Shown in pieces: positions 12,001-24,000 of a stretch of 64,000 nucleotides of DNA. Source of the stretch: an uncultured Planctomycetales bacterium (GTDB taxonomy: Bacteria; Omnitrophota; Gorgyraeia; Aquiviventales; Aquiviventaceae); NCBI GenBank assembly GCA_964373175.1, contig CAYJTP010000002.1, positions 40,402 through 104,401 of the forward strand, given 5' to 3'. The first letter of the stretch is position 1; each line of letters begins with the position of its first letter. The translations under genes were made by a program, and so were the position numbers. The notes below the pieces were generated by a model that saw only the letters and a program-made list of their open reading frames with translations, ran no database searches and was not told the DNA's origin.

Positions 12001-15000
12001 GCGACTCAGAAGCCCAAGTCCAGCGAGCCACCCTTGACTACTTTAAGACCAGACGAGACATCCTCGTCGCGACGCGCCGGGTTCTCGATGCGAACAATCC
12101 AAACCTCATCACCGGACAGGAGTGGCTTTCCCAGCTCGACGAGCTCGAGCGAACGCTCCAGCTTCAGGATGGTGTCTTGGTCTTCAGCTTGGAGGGAGTC
12201 CTGGTGCCCTACACCCCGCAGCGCAAAGCTCGACTGGTTGACAGTCCTGTCTATCCAGAATTCATGGCGCTCCTCCGCAACGGGTTCCGGATCGTGGTCA
12301 ATGCGGGACACAGCCTTGAGAACGTGCTCCCTCAGATTCTGGATGGCCTGCCCGAGGCTGATAAACCGCTGCTGAGGAACCTGACCATCTATTTCAACCG
12401 CGGCACGGCGAAAGTGACGTTCAGGTCCTCTGGTGAACCAATCTTCGTTGAGTCCTATGCAAAGACGCTCTCGGATACCGACATCCCTAGGCTGCACAAT
12501 ATTCTCACAGAGCGCGTCAACGAGTATTGGAACTGGGTCCTGGAGGATCGTGATCGGTTCGAGCGGATGTTCCCGCGGTTCAGGCTCACCGATCCGCCGA
12601 GTCCGCCGAGGACTGAGTATCGTACATGGCAACCCTCTGCGTCGCAAGACCAAAACATGGGATTGTACAAAATGATGTTGTACCAATGGGGGTTGAAAGC
12701 AATGCCCTCTATTCCCCACGTGACACAAATCACGATTCTCCCATTCCCGTCCATAGAACTCGAAGGCGTTCCGGGAGCGACCGATTGGAGAAAAGCGTTC
12801 TTAACGCGTCTCCTCGAGGACCTCAAGGCTCAGGCTCCGGACTTATTGGAGCGTTACGATTTTATCCCTGGCGGGATCTATTCCATTGATATCGTCCGGA
12901 AAGGGGTGGGTAAAGATACACCGCTCAAAGAGGCCACGGCAGGTGTTGATCCTGGACATGTCCTGGTGGTCGCGAACACGGATCTGCATGGAGAAGGGGA
13001 AGGGGATTTGCCCTTGGGAACCCTTTCCTATCTCCAGCCCTACTCCGTGGGGGACATCAGCGATCTCCCGAAGGGATTCCGCACAGCTGGAATGGGGCTC
13101 TTTGCGACAAAACAGCTTATGCGCGAGGTCCTCAAAAACTATGACTATGCGAAGGCCCATCCGGAGCGTCCACCAACGAATGCGATCGGCACGGTGAAAG
13201 AATTCCTCCGCAAGCGACAACAGGCGATTTATGACATGTCGTGGTCCCCGACGATTGAAGGAGCGGTCCAGCAGTTCAACGCGTGGAGGAACCAACAGGC
13301 GACCCAAGGGAAGTCACCGAGCCGGGAGGACCAAGAAGACTATGTTCGGGGACTCTTTCAGACCTATCAACTCAATCGACTGAAGGGGTCGCCCTGGACG
13401 GACCTTTACGCACGAACACTTGCAGAACGCATGCACGCACAGACAGCCATCCGCACCCTCTTAAAAGAGCTCACCGCGGTCGATAAAGCGGAGCAATTCT
13501 ATGCACTGGTCGACGCAATTGACCAGCGCATGGGACTACGGAACGAACTGAGCAGCCAAGATTTCTGGGAGTACTACAAAGCAGTCGATCCCCGTGTGAT
13601 CCTAGCCCTCCGACGCCTCAAACAGATCACCGGATACGATGAGCATCGGCTTCGGGACGAGGTGATTCGCGAGGTCGCAGCATCTGAGAGGTCTCTGGGG
13701 CATGCGTTGAGTGTGCCACGGGTTTTGGTGAGCTACGCGGGTGATCGGATGGTCTTTCCGGCGATCAAAGCAAGCCCTCACAAGCCGCATGTATCTCCGA
13801 GCCAATACATGTATGTCGGTGGCGGGGGACCGGCGGCATCGTTCCTCATCCAAGGATGGATCCATCAAGCTCGCCAACGTGGAGAGCTGGCTCCAAACGA
13901 GCACGTGACAGATGTCACACTCGATCGCACCAAGCTGGGGCCTGCGGTCATGACGGTGGCCACGATCACGACCACCTTTGATGATGGGGGAGACTCGAGG
14001 AATTTCCTGCTTGGCTTTCTCGAAACCCCTCCCTATGAGACCTACTTCCTCCCGCCGGGAGACATCTCCGTCATGCTGGGCTTTGCGACGGATGATCCTG
14101 CGAAGCTCTGGTTTCTGCACTATGCCGACAAGAAAGAAGGACGGATCAGCGGTCGTGCAATTGCTCCGATCTGGCTCAAACGCCTCAAGATGATTCATGA
14201 AAAAATTGAGAATGGCCTATTGCCCCGTCCACCGGATTGGCTGGCCTTCGTCAACGCCGCGATGACGCTGGGTGATCTGTTGGATCGCGAGCTGGTGGAG
14301 CGGAACGTGGTGCATCCATCTCGATCGGAAGCGCCTCCAGCTCAAGCACGAGGGAGGGAGCTTCTGTTCAAAGACGGCAGCAGCCAGAATTTCTTCACGG
14401 AGGCTGCTGCGGGCTTAGACACCGGGGCGCTGATCCCTGGCGATGAACACCTGATCCGCGGGTTGTTCGATCCCTCGCGCTTGGATATCGACCATCTCAA
14501 GACTCTGCTGGGCATCCGCGATGCCCACGTCTACCCGGTGAGCCCCGATGAAGCTACGCTCGTGGCCCTTGATGAACAGGGCCACACGGTGGATCAAGAC
14601 ATGCACGTGACCCTTGGGGGCCGTATCTATCCAGTCCACCCTGCCGAGGAACAGACCGGCATTAGTGACAAGGCGCATGTTGGACGAATCCACCAGGTCA
14701 TCTTTCGAAAGCGGGTACCTAAAAAAGAGGAGAAAACGAACGTCATTTCTTATTCCTATCGCCAATTGAGACCTGAAGAGATACCAAAAGCGACCAAGGA
14801 GGAACTAGAGGGTATTGCGCGAGTTCTACAGGTGATTGTCTCCGGGCTGGGGAGTTCCTTCACGAGCATTCTTCCTGACCTGATGGTCCAAGGGGTGGTG
14901 GAGGCGATCATGGAGCGGCAAGACATCCCCCGCATCTATGTCGCCAAGATCAAGAAAGACCTCGAGACCTCCCAGCTTGATGTAATCGGGAAGACCTTGC

Positions 15001-18000
15001 GGGCGATCCCGCTCCGTGAGCAAATCGCCGTGATGGAACGATCCCTCGAAGGCGCACTGGGCAAGCCGGTCCGGTTTGAGCGGCTCTTCAGCCATGTAGT
15101 CCTTCCCCGTCTTTCGCAGAAAACCATTGACCGGCTGGCTGAGCTGGACAAGCTCACGGACCTTGAGGTCGAAAAGCTGCTCGAAGGGGGACCCCAGATC
15201 AGCAAGTATGTTCGAGGAGCCCAACTCATCAGCCAGGAAGACCTCGAGTTCCTCCAATCCCGCGGGATTCAAATTGTCTGGGTTGACGAATCGGACATTG
15301 AACTGCTCGGTGAGAAGAGGCGAGATGCGTGGTATCTGGGACTCGCCTTGAAGGCGTTACAGACAAAGACACCTCTCGAAAATGAGGATCAGCTGCTCTC
15401 CGTAGCCGACAAGACGAAAATTGTCGTTGAACACTCGACAGGTCAGGTCTTCGTGGATGGGAAAGAAGTGACCAAGGCACTTGGGGACCGAAAGGTTACC
15501 GAAGCAGCTCAGGTGGTTTCTCGCCACCCGAAGGTCCGTCACTACGTCAATCAACACTTGTTGGCTGAGGGAACGCTCACGGAGATTGAAGCGTTGGTCG
15601 ACCACATGGACCAGAAACCTCCCTACTATAAGACGCAGCCCCTCCTCAGGACGATCGATGAGATTGTCGCGTCGTACAGACCTTCCCAGCAGGCTGATAT
15701 CATCACGATTGACGGCCCTGCGGGAACCGGCAAGAGCACGGTAGCGCGCAAACTCGCTAAGCGCTTGGGTTGGCGCTACCTCGATAGCGGGGCGCTGTAT
15801 CGAGCGCTCACCCTCAAGGCGTTGGAGGAAAAGATTAAGTTGGATGATGAGATAGGGCTGTCCGACCTGGCCTGGGAAACCCAGATTGAACTCTCCGGAG
15901 ATCAGGTCTTGTTGGATGGAAAGGACGTGACAAAGGCGATTCGGAGTCAACAGGTGACCAGGGCCGTCTCGCTGGTTGCGCAACATCCAGGGGTCCGGCA
16001 ATACATCACCTGGCTGCAGCGCCGCCTGGCCAGGTCGGGAAAGACGATCTTAGAGGGCCGAGATACCGGAACCGTGGTGATGCCGGGAGCGATGCATAAG
16101 GTCTATCTCGATGCGCCGCTCAACGTACGTGCCGAGCGGCGTCAACAGGAACTCGCTTCCCGAAAGATCACGTCCAGGCTCGAGAAGGTCCGTCAGGGCA
16201 TCGAGAAGCGCGATCAGCGTGATCAGGGACGCGCGATCGCGCCACTGCGTCCTGCGCCAGGGGCCCACCTCATTGACACGGATCAGATGACCAGTGACCA
16301 GGTGGTTGACCAGATTCTCGCTGGAAAAGGAGCCGCCTACGGAGCCCTCCTGATCGATGCTGATGTGACCCTGCTACGCTCGGCCGATAAGACAGAGACG
16401 TTGAGCACCAGCCCGGCCCGAGACGCCTTGCTCAAGGTGCTTCAGCAGGGGGTGCGCGTGGCGATCATGACAGGCAACAGTGCGACACAAGCCCTGGCCC
16501 GCCTGATCGAGACCCCCGCACAGGGAGAGCAGCCAGCTCTCGTCCACATCCCACCGGAACTTCGTCACCTGGTCACTGTATACGCCAACGGGGGCTTACA
16601 GAAATTCACCTTTGACCAGGCTGGCGTTCCGCACGAAGAGGAAGCGTACCGGTCGGGGAAAGAGATTCCAGCGACCGATCGACAACGGATCCTTAAATCC
16701 ATCCAGCCGCTGCTAGACTGGTATCGCAACCGCGTTCAGAGTCTGGGTGGGCGGTTTATTAACGCACAACCCGACTTCCTCCTCCAAGGCAGAACCCTTA
16801 GGATTCCTGAGATCGTTCTCGAAGGAGAAACATCGGGTGAAGGGGTGCTGAAAATTGCCCTGATGTTCCTTTCCGCTCATCGGGCCATGGAGCTGAAAGA
16901 CTCCAAAGCCCCTGAGACCTTTCCGGATCTCCGGCAGGAGTTCCTTGAGAAGCTGTTGGCCATGCTGCCAGATGACCTGAAGGGCCGCTACAGCTTTAGC
17001 GAAGGTGGTCTCAGCAGCATCGATATCAAGCGCAAGGGGCTGGATAAATTGGTGGATGTCCGAGACTACTTGACCTCAACCAACCTTGCGCCTGAAGATG
17101 CCATCTACTTCGGAGATGAAGTCTATCCGGGAGGAAACGACTACCCTGTGACGACGATTCCAGGGCTGTTGGTGATTGGAGTCAATCCCGATCAGTCGAC
17201 CGTCGCAACTCCCGCCATCCCGGGTGGCGCAGGTGTCATGGGGACCACGTGGTGGTTAGAGAACCTTGATCAGTTGATTACCTTTCATCCCACGAGGAAG
17301 AAGTTGGTCAATCACCCGATCGCGCCCACGCCGATTCAACACCTACGTCTCCAAGCACAAGGACCGTGGCGGGAGCGAGAGACGTCGGCAGGCGTCGCCC
17401 GCGAACTCCTCACCTCTGTGGATGGGGGTCGTCTCATCGCCACGACCTATTCGCTCACTGAGCACTCAGCGCGCGATCAGGAGGCGCCTCAAGTCGCAAA
17501 AGGCCCCAACCAACTTGCGAGAAATGTGCTGGTGGATGGGGTCGTATTTCCCCTGGTCAATGACCAAGGCTGGACTCTTGATACCGCGTTAGCCCAGGAC
17601 CTGACCTCAGAGCAGCAGCCGCTCCTCCATCCAGCTGAGGCGGCCAAGGGTGCTCCCGGGACACGCTTCATCCTCAATCTCCTTTACTACCTCACGGTGC
17701 GGCTGTATGAACGGTATAACCAACTCCGGAAAGATCGACCGGCCGAGCAGCTGACTCGCCAAAACTTCTATCTCGATCACTACAAACCCTTGCACGGTGA
17801 GGAACGGTTCCCCTTGTACAACAAGGGCTATGTTGGCATCGGTAAGGACGGTAAGCTCATCTTCGGCCAGCGAACGCTCCTTGGAGGCAAGCTCTGGTTC
17901 GGTTCGCGGGAGCTGTCCTGGACCGAGCGAGATATCAACCCCACTGCTTGGAGCTTAGCCGGTCATCCGGTCATCGTTTACACGCCGAGTTACGCCGATG

Positions 18001-21000
18001 CCGCTTCGTCTTTCACTTCGCAGGTCACCGGCAAGCCCGGTGATCCCAATTTCAGCGTCACTGTCGGGCGAGCACGGTACAACCTCCTCGTCATCGATAA
18101 CCGCATCGAAGCGGTGATCCACGGGGAGGTATTCCTGCCCTATGTGGGGGTGGTGCTCTCGGTTGATCAAGCGACCTTCGATCGGGTGTTCCGTGATCAG
18201 GTGGAGCAGGTGGATGTTCAAGGGGAACGCCGCGAGGTCTACCGCCCACGCGTCAGCTATCGCTTCCAGCTCGATCCGCCGAAAGCGTTTGAAGGTGATT
18301 GGAGCCACGTGCAGTGGCTGATGGGAGGCGGGTACCTGTTGGTCGCGCACGGCGAGAACCTCGTGGCCACACCAGAAAAGACGCAGGAGAGCCTGAGAGC
18401 TCAGGGCTGGCTCAACCCACTGTCACGCCAGTCACTGGAAACGCCACTGGACGTGCGTGGTCCTGAGCAACGAGATCCTACCGTGGTGATCGGCCAGACG
18501 AAAGATGGGCAACTGTTCGTGGTCACCTTCAGCGGACGGACCATCCACAGCAGCGGCGTGACCTTCCCTGAGGCCGTGCGCATTCTTGAGGAAGAGTTTG
18601 GCGCTGGGAATCTCGAGTGGGTCTTGAATCTCGATAGCGGATCCTCAGTGTCCTTGGGTGCGGTGGATGAAGAGGGTCGCTACCATCTCCTGAATTATCC
18701 TGGACCAGGTCCTGATACCTTGGCGGGAGAGGTGAGGCCGGTCAATAGTCTCGGGTTCATCACGACCCGCCAAGTTCCCAGACGTCTTGGGCAACTTCAG
18801 ACACTCGCCCATACCGCCGCGCCCTTCCAGCCCATTACGGAATGGAACCAGACATTTGAGAAGTTCAGGCCTGGCGATCCCGGGACCGACACAGTCACCG
18901 TCGGGCTTGATCTGGGTTCAGGGAGAGGCCGACACCTCTTCCAGATCACGGTGCCGAGAACCGACGATCCTCCCGTCCAAGCCGCGATCATCCGCTACCT
19001 GGCGATCCAGATCTATAACCGCTTGGGAACGTTTGGTCCTGAGCGGGTGTTGATCGATGCGCCTGAGGCGCTCTACAACCAACTTGTCGCCTTCTTAGCG
19101 CAAGGCGGCTCAGCGACCTCGTTTGGACGCATCCAGGCGTATCTAGCCCTAGTGAACCAGAAGCCGTTTACCATCCTGCCAGCCGATCGCACGACCATCG
19201 AGGCGCTCCCGGCTGAGCCTGTCGGTCTGGCTGTGCCGGATATCAATCCGCGCCGAGGCCAGGTCGTAGCGATTGACATCGGAGGGACCGATGTCAAAGT
19301 GGTCGCCATGCAGGACGGTGTAGTGGTCTATCAGCACACAGCAAACTGGGTTCCCGAGCAGTTCACCGACCCTGAGCAACACGTTGAACTCCTTGAGCGT
19401 TTGATCCGACAGGCCCAAGCAGAGGGCAAGCTCCCAGCATTGGATGCCATTGGCATCAGCTGGAACTCAGCTGTGCGCGACGGCCGCATTGCGGCTTCCA
19501 CCAAGGCGACCAAGGGATTGACCGAGGAGCAGTTCCGCAACGTGATCAGTCCGATCCGCGAGCGCTTTGAACGCGACTTCAAGATTCCTGTGGCTATCGC
19601 GAATGACGGGGATGCTGGGGCGCTGTGGGCAGCGGTAGAGCTTGGCGTGAACAATGCGCTGGCCCTCAGCATGGGAACCAACCTCGCCTCTGGCTATGTG
19701 GACCCCCAGGGGGACCTTGCTCCCTACTTGACCGAGATGACCAACGTCATCATCGACCTTGGGACAGAAGCCGCTCCCCATTCCTTTACGAAGGTCCCAG
19801 GGGTCTCGCAGCAATACCTGTCTCAACAACCTGCGTTCCGCTTGGCGCGTCAAGCTGGCATCAGCCTCGATGCGATGGCGCATGACGCGGCTCGGTTAGA
19901 GTACGTGCAATCGCTCCTTGACCAGAACGACCCACAGGCCGTTTCGATTTTCAAACAGATCGGTCGATACTTAGCGACGCACATCGCAGAGACCCAGCAG
20001 TACCTTGGAATGACCAACGTCATCCTCTTTGGTCGTGTGGTGCGCGGTCGTGCTGGTAACCTGATTGTGGAGGAAGCCCAACGCGTCCTGCGGGACATGG
20101 ACCCGGTCCTGGCTGATGCGGTGACCATCCGCCTTGCGACCGAGGTCCACTATGGGCAGGCGATCGGGGCAGGGTATCTGGCCAGTCGCCATTTCCAGCA
20201 GCTTAATTCCACTGATGAAGTCGAGATTGCCCGTCGGCGATTCGATGAACGGTGGGTAGCAGCTCAACAAAAACAGGCGCGTGGATTTACAGCCGAGGAT
20301 GTGCACAACGCCTACTACGATGCGCAAAGCAAGCAGTGGAAGTCAATCTACGGAATCAGCCCCGTCGTCTGGATAGACCCAGGCCTTATGAAACAAGTCC
20401 AGAGCGCGTTGAAGGCTAAACTCTCACCAGCGCTTCAATCAAAGCTTGTCTGGTTCACTCCATCCACGAGCCACGTCACCATCGCTTACCTTGGGCTTTG
20501 GAGAACGACGCCCCTCGATAAGGAAACAGTTCAAACGTATCAAGCGCTGTCCGACCAAATCATTCCAAAACTCATTCGGAGACCCCTCAGCTTTTCAGCA
20601 GAAGGCGTTGGTATGATGCTAAACGGCGCCCTGTTTGTTCCCATGATTCCCACTGAGGGATCGCTCGCGATCCTCGACCAGGTGGACGCACGCTATCTTG
20701 AAGAGGTTCCTGGTCTCGAACATTTCCCGAGCGTCGTTCCCCATGTAACGCTTGCGTATCTTGTTAGCGAATTAACCCCAGAAGAGATGCAACAGCTACT
20801 CAAGGCCATCGAAGAGCTTCGGGGAATCCAATGGGGAGCCTATCGGGCTGACGAGATCGTGCTCTATGCTTACGATGACTTGTCGCTTGAACGTGGGCGC
20901 GTGTTGAACCGGTACGATCTGACGGCGCCCGCGAGCCAAGCCAAATCCCCAGCGCCGATGGCGATCCTGACGGGTCTCTTGGCTGGACTGTGGCTGGGCC

Positions 21001-24000
21001 TAACTCAGGGCGCTGGGACTGATCTTCCAGCCTGGGCCGACGTAGTCCTGGGTGGCGGTGCCGCGTTCTTCGGACTCTGGACCCTCATAGAGATCGGGAG
21101 ATACATTCGCGGCAAGATCAAGGCTAGCAAGCTAACCGACGAGCAGCTTGAAGCCAACTTCAGGGCATTGGTGGAAACGACCCTCAGCGAAGACTGGGTC
21201 AAGGCGCTTTGCGATAACTGTCTGAAGTCTGCGACCGACCTTCCGGCTCGCCAGAAACTCAAGCCCCTCCAGTCCGCCAAACGGATTGGGACGAACGTCT
21301 ATCTTGATCTGCGACTTGCGGCTTCACCAAAAGAATTCTCTCGGGTAGTCCGCCACGAGTTGACGCATCTCAAGAGCCATCCGGCTCACGCTCCCCCACG
21401 TCTCCTTGGGACCGTCTGGTACTACAGCGTTGGGTACCTCCTCCGAGAGCTCAAAGCCCACCTGGCCGAATTCCGCTGGCCCCATCCTGCCAAGCCTCCT
21501 CAATCAAATCCTCGTACTCTCAGAGCCACTGAGCAATATGCTCGCCTGCCCCAAGAAGATTTTATTAGCCCAAACGAGAAAGCGCTTCCTCACATCGCGG
21601 ATGGCAATGCCCTTGAGCGGTTCGAGCAAGCCCTGAATGCGCCCGGGGCTTTTGAGCGTTTAGGAGTTCCACTTGGTCTCGCCTCGGCCATTGCTCACCG
21701 ACTCCTCACCCGAAGCGAGCAACGCTTGCGCTGGCTATTGGGACAATGGGCGTCATTACCACCGGCCAGGATTTATGAAGTGTTCAAAGACGATCTGCTG
21801 CGGGGTGAGGAAGGGTTGCGGACGTGGATGGATGACCCGGATCCAACCACCGTGGTTGGGGTTGAACGAATCATCCAGAACGTTCTGGAAAGTCAGCCCG
21901 AGGTGATGCGGCGAGGTTTCTTCCTCAAATATAGCACGGCTGAGCGACTCATCCGGCAACACCCGCCAGTTCGGATGATTCAAGAGGTGCTGCAGGACCT
22001 TTCGCCTGAGGCACGGACTGTGGATGAGCTCCTGCGTCGAGTAGATTCCTTGACCGTCAGTAGCGCGGCGCGGTTTAGCGAAGAGCAAGCCTGGCGCGAG
22101 CGCTTTGCGACATTGCTGAACGAGCTGGCGCCTGACGATTTTGAGCACCGCGGTCTGCGGGTTGTCGTTCTTGATCCAAAGGTGTGGGGGAAGGTGGCCG
22201 ACCATCTTCGAGAAGACAAAGCCTACATTCACTACGGCAAACTGGTGGGGATCCTCTTGGGCACTCCTCTGCAGGAGCGTCATCCGTATGCCATTCTTCG
22301 AGGTGTGTTGAAGGTGCTCAGCTACATCAAAGAGGTTGAGCTGTTCAACCGGATGTGGGAAGTCGCGAGCGAGCAGAGCCGCCACGCCCCTGGTTCATTT
22401 GGGCCTCGCATTCGGAAGGCGTTCGCCGGGTATCCGTTATCGGATCAGCCGACGCTCGGACTTGTACTGGAAGGCGCCACACAGCGCTACGTTCACCAGC
22501 AATTGTGGAAACTGGCGCAAGAGATTCCCGCCTTGACCGCCTTGGCCCAAACGTATGACACCTTGCATATGGCGAACCAGGAAGCCGTTAGCCTGAACGC
22601 CTGGACCCATGTCTCTCAAGCCGTCCGAGGACTGCAGCAACCGTTGCTGCGAGAAGCCCGGCAGATCGTCCTCTACAACTTTTTCGCGAAATTCTTAGGT
22701 TCTGATCACCAGCTCGATCAGTGGATTGTCGAGCACACGGGGGTTGATGAGACGCTGCCGACCACCACGACCGTGAAGGCAGTTCCCAACTACCCCTTGA
22801 CCGCCTCGACTGTGAGCGGCTGGCAAATGCCTCTTGTTCACCCCTCGCGCCAGGGGGCGATGACCATTGATCTTGACCCTGATGTCCCGGTTCCTGATGC
22901 CGGAACGCAACTACTGATCCAAGCGGTTGATACGTGGCTGCGACGGCAGGGGCCGAAGGCCAAAGACGCCTCGCTGCTTGGGATCGCGGCCATGGCTGGG
23001 ACGGTCCCCAAACTGTTTGCCGACGACGTCTCGCGAGTCGTCGTGATCGCACGCAACCCCTACGCCATGGCGCTGACCCGAAAGAACTCGGCTGACAAAC
23101 CTAACGTGACCGTTCTGGTTGGAAACCTCTTTGAGGCGCTGAGAAGCGTTGACCCCGCGACTCGACAGGAGCGGCGAGAGCAGTTCGACTTGATCGTCGG
23201 GCAGGTCCCTACTGTTCCGACGCCTGTTGATATCCCCATCGATCCCAGCGATCCTGCAGTCCTGTCCTACGAAGGGGGAGGGAAAGGCCGGGAGGTGTTG
23301 GACCGGCTGATCCAGGAAGCCTCCCAGTATCTCAAGCCGGGTGGAACGCTCTTGCTTGTCCAGCCCGAGTACGTCGATGCGGGAAAAGGAGAACACGCTA
23401 TCGAGTTGCTCAAGCAACAGGGTTTCTCCGCCCGCGTCATCCAGAGGGTAGGTACAGAGATTGTTGAGGGATCGTTGCTCTCCAGCCGCCTGGAATGGAT
23501 TCAGCAAGAGTTGGCTTATACGTTTGAGCGAGTCCGACAACCATGGTGGCGAAACGTGCTGTCTCGCTTTCTAGGTGGCCCTCGACCTCACGCGCCGTAC
23601 CTCAATCGCCTCATAGTGATTGAGGCCACCAAACCTTCCCAAGCTGGGTCTCTCACAGATAGGGCAGGGGGATTGCCCATCTTTATGCAATCTGGGTCAT
23701 ACCCACCGTTGCTCCTTGGTGCTGGAAGCATCGGGGGCATTGGGGCGTCAGGTTTCTTCCACGAACCTGTCCTTGCGCTCCTCGGTCTTGGCTTAGACCT
23801 GTTGGGTGGGTTGGTGGCGCTTTTCTGGCCGATCCTCTTTGCGATGACCCTACGAGACGAGAAGACTGAGCAGTTACCCGAGGCCGCGCGGGCGGCTTTT
23901 GCAGAAGCGCTGGACGCGATCGATGTCACGTCCGGCTTGGGCTTGGAGCGGCTGGCGTCGAAGATCCAGACCGAACCGCTGGATGAGATGCTGCGGCGCC

